This document shows, one piece after another, positions 11,544 through 23,668 of a stretch of DNA of 64,000 bases. This DNA is from Fimbriosthenelais zetlandica (Eukaryota): contig OZ365112.1 of assembly GCA_977030845.1 (NCBI GenBank), positions 17,670,001 to 17,734,000 of the forward strand, written 5' to 3'. The notes beneath the pieces are model-generated. The model ran no database searches. It had not been told where the DNA came from and was given only the letters and a program-made list of their open reading frames with translations. Numbering within the stretch: position 1 is the stretch's first letter; the number at the start of each line of letters is the position of its first letter. A program made the position numbers and the translations under genes.

Positions 11544-11645
11544 CAGATCGATCCCTGTAGCGCCCTCTCTCACTTTAGCCTTGTTCATCGACGGAAGATT
11601 TGGGAACTAAAGATTTTCAAGATGGCCGCCGTGTTTACCGGATGG
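11544..11645 (+). repeat. 102-bp direct repeat, copy 2 (partner at 2191-2292)
   Basis: 96/102 identity to copy 1. Weaker upstream homology (AACGGAAAACT at ~11517 vs ~1770). Confidence 0.9.
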
Positions 11646-12626
11646 CACAAGCCTCAGTTCAGCTCTTCGCCGCCTACCGGGAGGGCGGTAGCGTCGCTTC
11701 ATTCCCATCCACTTGAAGGCTAGTCCATCTAGCGGTCCCCCACGCCACTCGCTTGCTCCCTATTCGCGGCGAGGCAGCCCTCAAGCGGACGGGAGTGGTA
11801 CTACAGTCTACTTGAAGGCCTCCTACGAAAAAAATAAACAATAGGCCTATAAAGAATTTATCAAATTTAAGAATAGACCTGTGTGTGCGTTTACAAAAGA
11901 AAATCCTACCGTGTTCATGTCCTTGGGCTCCATATCCAGCCTGCAATATCCAATCATAATTTTAATACGTGAGAAATTATTCAGGCCTACCGTACTGTAG
12001 GCCCTGTGCCTGTTCAAGTTTCAGTAAACTGCAGGTCTAGGCCTAAAGCCAAAGGTACAGATGTAAACCTTCAATTCATTGCATTGTGGCCTGTACATGT
12101 AGGCCTAGGCCTACGGTATGCATGATTTTATGCTGACACTAAGTAGACAACGCTTTACAAGACATCTAATAAACACTGACTGTAAACTTTACTTTTACCA
12201 TGTAATGTTTTTACCACTAGAGTTACTAGTTCCATCTGTCAATCTCTAACTAAAGCCATAGCTGAGTAAATTGAGTAATGGCAGTATTCGCCCTAGGTAG
12301 GCCTAGGCCTAAATAATCGTTGACCTAGTTTGTAATGGAAATACAATGATTTTGGGGGTAGGCCTACTGGTATTTTTTGGTTAGTTGGGGTGGTATTTAT
12401 ATAGAACCGACCTCGACCTCGGGTCTAGGCCTAGATCTACATCTACATCTTAGTCAGATGCCTAGGCCTAGCCTTGGTAGGCTGTATGCAATTTGTTCCC
12501 AAATTTTATAATGTCATATATAAGGATTTGGAGTAGGCCTACCGGAAATTCATATCTACTTAAATTCTATTTGTCACATCTAACGTTACGCCTACATTTT
12601 ACTTTCCATAAACTTGTAGTGGTTGA

Positions 12627-12675
12627 GTTGCCATGAGCGACGGGCGACGCTTGGTGACATAACCAACATGGCGGC
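12627..12675 (+). promoter_or_regulatory. Kinesin core promoter: RFX X-box-like site (12627-12641) and YY1-like site (12664-12675)
   Basis: GTTGCCATGAGCGAC fits GTNRCC-N(0-3)-RGYAAC with one mismatch. CAACATGGCGGC lies ~105 bp before the ATG. Confidence 0.5.
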
Positions 12676-12780
12676 TAGAGTGTGTGGTTAGTTATTTAAA
12701 GGGACTACCAGCAGTAAGCCGGGAAAACACTCCACTCCTTCAAGGAATACACGCGAGAAGGCATAATCTTGAAAGTCAGC

Positions 12781-15700
12781 ATGGCAGAAGAAAATGTGAA
12801 GGTGGCCGTCCGCATGAGACCTTTCATATCCTTTTTAACTGCTATGTTATTATTGTGGTACCCACACCACACATAGCCTAGGCTAGTCAATAGTCATCTT
12901 GAACATGTGTACGGTAAGTTACAGTATTGACTTTTGTTATTGGCCAACATACCACAGTGACTGATTATGATCATGGGCCTACCAGTCAACTGCTCTTTTC
13001 TGTAGAACCGACTAGAGATCTTTACTTTTCCCCACTGTTTTCACTTTACCGGTATATCATGAAAAACATTAGGCTAATACATGTAGGCCTACTAACTGTG
13101 AGTGACATCTCTTGGCCATCTAGGCCTGTTATTACATTAATGTATGCTGGAAGATTAATTAGGCAGATAAATTCTTGAATTGTGACTTTTTAGAATGTAT
13201 TAGACTTTACAGTACTTAGGCCTAGTTGCTGTCATGCCTTATTATGAATATTCATTCAATACAAACTGGAGAAGAAATGGAAATAGACTAGATCTAAGTA
13301 TACTATACCGGTAAGCCTATGTAGGCCTACAGTACAGGCCCTACCCGTACCAGTGATAAGGGCCTATTTTTCCGCTTGTAAACATGTTAAAGAATGATGA
13401 TCTATTAGCTTTAGGCATAATTATAGGCCTTTAAGTCATATGAAATTAGAATCTATTCAGAGATGACAAATTAAATGTGAAAATTCATAGACACAAATTG
13501 ACTTATGATACGTATATATGTCTATGCATGAATATTGTTAATCCTCAATGATATGCCTGTGCCTGTGGCATTGGCTCTTACTGGCTGATGGTGTTTGCAG
13601 GGAGATTCTATTGTTTAAAAGGGACTGGAAAAGCAGGTGGTGTCACAGTTTTGAGTCTGTAGTCAAGGAACTTCCCTGCTCAAAATATTTGATCACACAA
13701 ATTGTACCCTGTCAGCACATTTTTTCATCTCCAAAATCAATGCAATGTGTTTGTCACAATTAAAAAAAAAACTTTCACTGGTGCTAATAGTAATAGGTTC
13801 TACGCTTGCACACGTTTGTGTGTTTAATTTAAGCTGAATATGGTTTGACTGGTTTACCTGGTTTCCCAGTTATTAAATTAGTATCTATATCAAGCCGTAT
13901 TGTATGATATAAAGCTACAGGTATTTAAGTAAGATCATTAAGTTTCCGCTCTACTAATCACCCACTCTTTAAGAATGTAGCTGTAAACTTGGCTTGCCTT
14001 TAGAGATGGTGGTTACCTTGTTGTGGTTACAGTAAGGCAGTAAACATTTACATTGAATACAGTGACGGAAGAGCCACTTGGGCGGGCGGGGGCCCAGGGG
14101 GGGGGGGGGGGGGGGGGGCGGAGAGGTGAGAAAAAGTGGTGTATATGGATGGAGGTGGGTGGGGGACGGGTTTCATATGAATGTCATGCCTAATAACATG
14201 CTGTTTAGGGTTCTCTAAAATACACAATGTCACTGGATAAAATTTAACTAGATCTAGTCTATAGTATTTCCTTTCTGTTCATTTCACTAAATTATAAACT
14301 GGCCTTATACTTTATTATATTTTCTATCACTGTACGATACTATCACTTATGAACCTTAACTTGCCATACAACTCGCGTGAGAAAGCTCGTGATGCTACCC
14401 TCATCGTGGACATGAAAGGCCCTACAACCTATATTAAGGATCCAGAGAACCCAAATGAAGACCCCAAATCTTTTTCTTTCGACTTTTCCTATTGGTCTCA
14501 TGATGGTTCCAAGGATGATGGTTCAGGATACTATGTCGCCGATCCCAGCCATCCCAACGCCTCCAAGTTTGCAGATCAGGTGCGTAAATTATTGTTTCCC
14601 ATTTACCTGGGTATTTTAGCCTTCTATTAATTTACATCAATTTGCAATGTTCTGCATACTAAGCACTATCTCAACTTCTGCAACAATCCCGAGGCCTACT
14701 CCATCCCCTCCATTAGTACTTGTTATTTCTTGATCAGTCTAATAACTGTATCATGTAGGCCTAATATCGCACTCTGCCCAGAAAACCTTGGGCTAACTAA
14801 TTTTGATAGACTTGGTCCAGGGAAAGAACTTTTAAAACGTCTTTTATTAGCATGCTGATTGCAATCAATAGCAATACAAAGAATTGCCCATCTCCTTCTT
14901 ATGGGATCTTTGTGTAGGGGGGCGTGGCAGGGCCGTCAGTGCTCATTGATTTTGCCTACCCTTGGCCAGTAGAAAGTGTGTTATCGATGGTAGGTGAGAG
15001 GTTCATGGGTTGCTATGGAAATTGTGACAACAAACGGAGAAGAAGGAAATGAACTCCATAGTCCCTGGATATTAGATGAATGATATCGCCCCATCATAGT
15101 ACTAGAATATAGCCCACTTCCCTCCTTCTATATTTTATTCATATTGTAAACATGTATTCGTTTAGTAATCATAATAATGTTTGCTATTCCTATTTCTGAT
15201 GAACCTAACGATTCCCATTGAACGTCCATTAAGCTTGTCCCTTTCACACCATTTAGATGGTTTTTCCTTGGCTTTTTGCTGATGTATCAAGAAGGGTCGG
15301 CAGGCCTTTCGAAGGGTGTGAGAATTACGGGAAACCCTGGACGCCCACTTCTTCCGGGAAACAGTCATGTCCTTTAGGTCTTGGATTGTAGCCAAAATCG
15401 CCACAATCGTTTTATTTATTAACCAGCTTGAGAAGGAGTCACACAAATTTATACAAGTAAAATTTATATATATAATTTATTAGAGTAATAAAGGGGGAAG
15501 GCTTTATTTGAGTTATTGGAATTTCCTTAGTGAAGATCATTTGGTCCCAATTTATAGTAGTGGGAAGAAAATTGGTGTAAGTAGTAATAGGAAATGAACA
15601 TTATTTTCGGGCTATTGTTACATGTTTGTGTGTTGCTATGCTGGAGGTGCTGGGCTTTATTGATAGGTACTGTGTACAGAGAACAGGAGAAGTAGGGGGA

Positions 15701-18700
15701 AGGGGAGGGATGCTGTACTACAGGGGAGATCACTAATCGCTCGTCAGGGGAAGAGGGAGGAGGGGCAGGGAGGAAGGAAGCAACAGGTGGAGTGAGGCTG
15801 TGTGTATGGAAGCTCTGGTAATGCTAGCTACCACTGCTAGAATAATCTACATGTATCTCAAGCGGGTCTTCCAGCTCACCCTAAGCGTGGAGATTGTGAA
15901 AGTGCCAAGGAAATTTGGGAATAGATATTTTGAAGAGTCAATTTGAAGTTGTGTGCTGCAGTTTGGCATGGATGCGCAGCATTTCATGCGTCAGTTCCAA
16001 GCCAAAGCACCTCACTGCCTTCGCCATGGTCCATCGCATACATACCATGATACCATACACTATTATAGGCTGGCTTGATCATGCTCTTTCTCCGTTGTTT
16101 CCGCTTCCTCCTGCTCCTCCAACACCCTCTTTCAGCGGTCAGCGGTCCCCCCCCCCCAACCCACCCTCCCTCCTCCTTGCCGCTCCCACTTCATCGTACC
16201 TATCTCAGCGGATCAATGCTTGATTCTTAAATAAATGGGAAGCATAATTTCTTCTGGTAAGAGTCGTGATATAATTATGTTAATTCACTGCTTTATCACA
16301 ATTCAGTGACACTTTATATTAATTATGCTGACTCCTTCAACAAACTTTCTGGGGTTGTTTTAAATAACTCTCTGTACTTTGTATTTTGTACTGGACAAAT
16401 GTTAAATATTTTATTAATTATGCGTTCTTTTCCAGAGGAAAGTATATGACAATCTGGGCCAAGGCGTGCTCAACAATGCTTGGGAAGGTTTCAACTCCAC
16501 CCTCTTTGCCTATGGTCAGACTGGTTCAGGGAAATCATATTCCATGGTCGGCTATGGCGTCAACAAAGGTCAGTCATAAACCAGTATTCTTTTTCAATTA
16601 TTAATCATTTTTCATATACTGGTCGCCACCCTCAGCCTGTATGCTGTTCAGTACAGGTAAATTGTTCGGCATTGAATGGTTATCAAATATACTGTGGACG
16701 TGCACACCTGATGGAAAGGATGTCTCACATGTGAACAGTGTCATAATATATAGCCTACATGTATGCATAACATTTTTCCATCATTATTTTTCGTCACGTT
16801 TTCTTCTAATCGCTATATTTGTTGTCTCGGCAGGTATCATTCCGATCTTCTGTGATGAATTATTCAAAGGCGTCAACGCCAAGAAAGATGAAGGCGTACA
16901 AGCCGAATATGAGGTGAGTTAAGGCAGTTCTTCTAACCTGTTAAATGTTAAAGAGCTTGGACACAATACACATTAATATTAATCTCACCTGTATTAAGGA
17001 TCATCTGATACTTGATATTGTAGGTGACGTTAAGCATGTTGGAGATTTATAATGAGCAGGTACGAGACTTGCTCAACCCATCTGGGAACAAGAAAGGTGG
17101 TCTCAAGGTACGACAACATCCACAGAAAGGCTTCTATGGTGAGACTTTTACCTGCATTGTTCATTCGGCACCTGTACCAGATTTCCCAGTCCCTAGTAAC
17201 ATTTGTTCTGCTCCTCATTCGGATTACCTAACCGTACTCCCCTCAGAATGGAATCGCATACTCAATGATTTTACCTTAAATTCCAACTTTCTGTTCAACA
17301 GCTGAGGGCCTGAAGTCTGAGGCTGTAGGTAGTTATGTGGAAATCGAGGGTAAAATGGACGAAGGGACGAGAAACAGGACTGTAGCAGCCACCAACATGA
17401 ATGCTACATCCTCACGAGCTCACACCATTGTCGGCATCAAGTTTGTCCAGAAAGCCAAGAACGCCGCTGGCGAAGAGACCGCAAAGTCCGCCGTGATTAA
17501 TTTGGTCGATTTGGCTGGCAGGTAATAGATCTAGGGTCTTTTATTTTCCCTTTTCTGGAATTTATTTTCCATGAGGCTGATCTCAAAATCACCATTTCAC
17601 TCATTACTCATTACAGTGAGCGTGCTGAAAGTACTGGAGCTACTGGAGACCGCCTGAAGGAAGGAGCAGCCATTAACCAGTCACTGTCCTCCCTGGGTAA
17701 CGTTATCTCAGCCCTAGCTGACCAATCAGCTGGCAAAAAAGTCAAAGGTCAGTAACTTTACACTGGTTCTTCTCCTCCTGCTCTCTCGAAGTTTAATCAT
17801 TCCTGCCAACTTGAAATATGTCATTTAAAAAAAGAATTACATAAAATACAATATGATTTTTCTTGCAGTACCTTACAGAGATTCGACTCTCACCAAACTT
17901 CTCAAGAACGCTCTGGGTGGTAACAGCAAAACCATCATGGTGAGTTGATCACGAAAGTGATAGGTACCAATTGATCATTAATAGTTACAGATCGGGGAAT
18001 GTTATGATGAGCAAAACCCCCGGAATAAGGACAAAATATAATTAAATTATTGTATGGTTCTTCTTCATTCAGTTACTATTATAATTGACATTAAGTTTGG
18101 GATTTATTCACTGACTCCAGATTGCTGCTGTAAGTCCTGCCGACATTAACTACGAAGAATCCCTCTCCACGCTCAGATATGGTAAGAGATATCATTGTCT
18201 TGCTGGCTTTTGCATTTTATGATGTAAGTCTTTTATGTCACGATATCTATGAGATTTTTTTTATGTCTAAGAGTACATGTAGATAAAAAAAAAAGTGTCA
18301 TGCTCCTGTTTCCAGCTGATCGTGCCAAACAGATCAAGACTAAGGCTACAGTGAACGAGGATCCAACAGAGAAGCTGATCAGGAATCTACAGGAGGAAAA
18401 CGAGAAGCTGAAGAAGATGCTCGAGACTGGTGTCATAACTGTAGATATGGATCCCAATGATACAGAGGGCATGTCTGACGCCGGTAAGTATACTCCATAT
18501 TTAAATACCAGTACACGTACTTTCGAATACACATTCTCAACAATGTACGAAATGCCAATTTTGACGAATAACCCTGTTTACCCGATACATTTTGAGACAG
18601 TGTTCCCGTATTTTGATTTTTTATAGAGAAGGCCGAGCTGAAGAAGGAAATGCAAGACGATTATGAGGCTTCTTTAAGAGAAAACGACGAGAAGATGGAG

Positions 18701-21700
18701 GAAATGAAATGTGCCTTTGAAGAGAAACTTCGCCAAGCTCGAGCTGAAACTGCCACTGTAAGTAAAATTATAAGTCTCCTTCCTATAGTAATGATATATA
18801 TCGCTGAACCATATATATGTGAAACAAGAAATACTTTTATTTATTCCCCAAATAGATCGAATTGTCTAAATTGTACAAGAATAGTGCACAAAATTATTAG
18901 TGCAATTAACACACTTTTCAGTTGTTTCGCCTTCATAAAAGTAAAAACCTCAACAAACTTAAACAAAAACCTTTTTTTCATACCTTAAACCTCTAGCATC
19001 AGGTATGATATATGCACAAGAAATGGGCAATAAACCTGGTACTAATTAACATGTGAAGATTACATTGCTCACTTGTCAATGTGTAACCATGTCGTGTGTC
19101 ATTATGTATTAATATTATCATATAGTTTCATGAACCAAAGGACCCCTTTATTCTTAAGGTGTGAGAGATTATTGTGCTAGATAATACCTGAAGAAAGTTG
19201 TAATCTATTGTAATCATCAATATACTTTACATTAACATTCTTCGTTTCCAATAATATTTGTCCATGAAATGGATTGTCTACTAATCATCAATGGACTGTA
19301 GTTTAAAACCATTCACCAAATTCTTCAATGTCTTTATAAGGAATAAATTCAGTACTGTTTTGAATTATGTGAATGCCAAGATGTGTGTAAAATATTAAAT
19401 ATTATTGAGCAAGAGAAAACAGGAAACTCCTGCTCCATAAATATATTAGCTGGATTCAGATTCAGAACTATCAAGTACATTTTCTAGACAATAAATACCC
19501 TGAAAATAGTTGTGTGACTCTGCAAGATTGTAAAATCCATTTAGAGGAGGTAAGTCTCCGATGGAATACACCTTTTGGGATATACATTAATCTTTCCAAT
19601 CCTCCATTCTAGAGTGGACTAGTCGAACAGAATGAAAAGAAAAAGACTGTTGCACACATGTTCAATTTGAATGTGGATCCCATGTTGACTGGCAAGGTGA
19701 TCCACTTCATTGACGGCCAAAAGAAAGTGGGCAACAACAAAGGTTCTCCTTGTGAGATCGTTATGCTGGGTCCAAGGTTTGTTTCCTTCCTTTTCATCAC
19801 AACTATCATGACTATTAATATCTGGAAAACGCAATTCAAAACTTGCTCCACAATTACCAATAAAATGGTTTGTCCTTTGACAGCATTCAGCAAGAACATG
19901 CAGTCCTTACAACAGAAGGAGACAAATGCTTTTTGGAGAAACAAGCAGGAAATGCTAAAGTATTGGTAAATGGTGAACCACTAACAGAGAAGGTGGAAAT
20001 CCACCACAATGACAGGTAAGAACATTTTACATGGTTTAATGTTTAGAAAGTTTCGTTTAAATATGGATAAATTTACAACTGACTGTAGTCTTCTGAGAAA
20101 GCGTTTAACAGAACTACATGCCCACTTTAATTTCTAGATTGATGTTTGGAACAACTCAACTCTACATTTTTGCGAATCCCAAGGAGCGCGATGCATCCAA
20201 AGAGAAATATGAAGAAATTACATATGACATGGCACAAGAGGAGATTGCATCCAACTCTGGTTTTGACATGCAGAAAGGCAACAAATCTCGAGGTAAATGC
20301 CTTGTCCCTTCCTCGGGAGATATTTCTAATATATTGTTATCTGGAGGTTTTGGAGGATACAGGTGAAATTCTCACCAGTAAAATGATGGTAGTTCATGTT
20401 CTGTTTTGTTTCATTTTAGATGACATGTTGCTACAGGAGGATTTATTGGAGATTCTGCCAGCCGTAGAGGAAGCAAACTCTATCAGTGAGGAACTTAACA
20501 AGAAAAAGAAGTTTGAGGTGGTACTGGTTTCACCCGAGGCTCGTGGAGAGCTGCAAGGGAGAATGCAGGTTAGTCCTTAATAAATCCTTATACATTCTGA
20601 CAGAGATTACCATTTATTTATACTAGTTCAGTAGATTTTAACAACAATTATGGATCAGTCTTGGGATAATTCATTGAGAATTGTCTTTTATCCGCAGATA
20701 TTCGTGAAGATGACAGATCTGGAGACAGATAACAATTGGACCTGGACAAAAGAAAGGTTCACCAACAGGAAATATGTCATGCAAGAGATGTACGAAGCAC
20801 ACATGGATGGGGAGCAGTCAACACTCAAAGATGTATGTACACAAGATTATGTCAGATTATATCAGAACAACTTTTTTCTAAATCCGGGGAAAAGCCACAA
20901 TGATCAATATATAATTAAGTGGATATTAAAAACACCTGTTTGATTTGTTTCAGGATCAGGATCCATTCATTGAGGATCCAGACGCTGAGGTTCACATTGG
21001 TTCAGTCAAGGTGTGGCTACAGTCAATAGCTTACCGCATTGAGCTGGCGGAACAGCTTGAGATTACTGACTACAAGGTATGATATGAATCATATATTCAA
21101 ACATGGTTTATGTCAGGCGTTTTCAGGTGATTTTAGGGTTATAACGCTAACCCTAGCCCTAGGATTAACCCTAATCCTAGGGTAAACGACTCCCTAACCC
21201 AAACCGGGCATCCTCCCTTGTGAAAAAAACCTGGATCCGCCCGTTTTTATTTTTTAAGAGTTGTGGTCCATTTTGTTAATGATCGTCCTTCTGGCCTTAA
21301 AACCTCATTAAAGATTTGTTCCCAATTTTCAGGGCCAAGAAGTAGGAGTGGTGAACCTAGAAATAATACCCTGTAGTGGTAAAGGTAAAGATTACACAGA
21401 GAAGGATGACATGTGGGTAGATGATCCCAATGACATGCTCGGCAAAGACCTCCACTTCAATGTCAAGCTAGAAAGTGCTCGTGGCATTCCCAACAGATAT
21501 ACAGTAAGTATACATAAATTCATGTCAGTCCCAATATATAAACTACTGTATAAGTCTGTTTTATTATTTAACCACCTAGCTGCATTCTCATCGCGATCTT
21601 CCTCCCTTTCCAGGATACGTTTGCTAAGTACAAAGTATATTTGGATGGTGACTACTCAGAGACAAAGAAGATAGCTAACACATCAAACCCAGACTGGAAA

Positions 21701-23668
21701 CACAAGAAACAGTATGACTTCAAACCTGTTACAAGTCAGGTAGGACTGAACCATGCCTGTTCAAACTATGAACCTCACTTACTTCATAAAAAAACTCTAG
21801 TATATGAAACAGTTTGTTAACATTTTAGAAATCTGTGTTAATCTGTCCCTTCCCTTCCACAGTTGCTGGACTATCTGCAGAATTCAGCTATAATGATACA
21901 AATATGGGGCAAGCAGAAAATGCCTAAGGCCAAGAAAGCTGTAGCTAATACCAAAGATGCTCTGACCAAACAAGCTCTGACCAAAGGCAGCGCATCTCTG
22001 GGTAACACCAACACAAAGGTGAATATGATTATCCTGTTCACTATCCCACGTAATATCTGTTTCACATTTAATTAGTTTGAGACTCATTATGTATTAATTT
22101 TTTTTACAGATTGTGGATGCAAACAAAGTACGCTTTTCCATGCAACTAGCAGTGGCCAAAAAGCGAGCTGAAAAGTCCGAGAACAAAGTGGTACGTTGAA
22201 TGACAATTTTACGAAAGAAATCTTTTTAAAATACTAATTTTTAACAGTAGGATTGAAAACAGCATCACTTGTTTTTCTACACAGGCTCAGTTCCGTGAAC
22301 TTGTAAGATTGGCTGAGGAATACAAGAAACCACGGATTTCTACCAAGTTGATCAAGGACTTACTCCATGCACCCACCAAGGATGCTGCCGACAAATGTCT
22401 GAAGATGGTTCCCAAAGAGAAAGGAGCAGGTAATTAGGTAATTATTTGTCCTCTCGGATATTCATAAGGAGGCTAGATATAGATGGTACTTAGAGAGCCT
22501 TATCCCGTATGTACCCCGTCATTGTATTTTTAAAAGTTTACTAGATATTTAATTCCGGCAATGCATAGAACCAAAATATGAAAAAATAACCGATAGATGA
22601 TATGAATATCCATTGAAATCCCTACAAACAGTGAAGAAGGTCCGACAAAGAAGAGACTCAAGCTCTAGCTCTAGTAGTAGTGATTCTGGTGAGTCAGGAA
22701 CAGGGGTCAATATTTTGTCATTGTTATCTGAACACCCATAGTAAGCTTGCCAGGCATCTTCGGAAATTTTGAACTGGAGTTTGCAGGTGTTCGGGAGACA
22801 ACAGCAATATTTTGACAAAGAGTGATTTGACAGGAGTTGTTAAGTTAATTTTCACCTCCCTAAATTGTTTGAACATTTTTAGCCAACTATTTTATGATTA
22901 TGAGGACCTCTAATGACAAGAAAACAAGTGGACCTTCTTTGAACTCACAATTTAAATTTGCTTTATTTAATCATAATTCATTTGGGCACTGTCACGAGCA
23001 CATATTATTCGCATTAAATTGCTGCTAACAGTGCAGCGATTGATTCTCATATCTTTGCCATGTGTGTCACAGTTTGATTTTAACATTTTGTTGTGTACAT
23101 TCACCTCTTACTCCTTTATTAACCTTTGGTAGATGAAACTAACGGAAGTGATGCTTCACATCCTCAAAGTGCGAGTAAGTGTGATACTTCTTTAAAAGAA
23201 CTCATAGAAGATGAAACAAAAGAATTGAAAGATTCCAATTCCTAAAGGATTCATCTTTTGTTTTGTTTATTAACTTCTGTTACATGGCATATCACTCTAT
23301 TCCTCTTACATTCAACTAATCTAGCCCCACCCTCAGCCAAAGCAGAACCAACTAACGCACCTACTAACCAGAAGAGTAAGTTTCAATTTGAGTTGAGCTT
23401 TGTTGCTTCACAATGATAAACGTTTTGCGCTATAGGAGTTGCAATTCAACGTAGAACAAATTTAACTCGACAGTAACTTCTCTAGTGTCCTAACATCCTA
23501 TCATTAGTGCAAAAGTGTGGCCTTTTATTAGGCACAAATTAGAACCCTCTTCAGAACTGACTTTGTCCTAATTTTGTTCCCCCTTAATCTTGTTTTTTCC
23601 TCTTTGCTTCAGAAGATGATGGAGGTTCTTCCGGGGGTAGTGGGAGCAAAACGTGTGTTCTTCTATGA
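12781..23668 (+). CDS. KIF28: Kinesin-3 family motor, KIF28/KLP-6-like, ~1035 aa. Exons 12781-12825, 14370-14579, 16436-16568, 16834-16913, 17024-17138, 17302-17521, 17617-17747, 17869-17939, 18121-18181, 18316-18483, 18627-18757, 19613-19776, 19884-20015, 20138-20292, 20420-20568, 20698-20832, 20954-21076, 21333-21503, 21614-21739, 21863-22018, 22110-22190, 22285-22429, 22632-22688, 23133-23174, 23325-23375, 23613-23668
   Basis: [15 protein letters not shown]-loop GQTGSGKS, NxxSSR, DLAGSE, HIPYRDS-like VPYRDS, followed by neck coiled coil, FHA-like region and C2-like tail. All exon phases join in frame. The last four small exons are less certain. Confidence 0.9.
12826..14369 (+). other. U12-type (minor spliceosome) AT-AC intron 1 of the kinesin gene
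   Basis: 5' ATATCCTTTT, branch site CCTTAAC at 14354-14360, 3' end CATAC. Removal gives the conserved RPF|NSRE. Confidence 0.93.
21115..21243. mobile_element. Degenerate small non-autonomous element with telomere-like hexamers, intronic
   Basis: TTAGGG, TAACCCTA and CCTAACCC cluster. The right end AAAAAAACCTGGATCCGCCC resembles common invertebrate MITE termini; the left end is degenerate. Confidence 0.4.

Noticed and set aside
15162-15446. 94-aa minus-strand ORF in kinesin intron 2
   Set aside because: No recognisable domain in any frame; possibly an unidentifiable TE relic.
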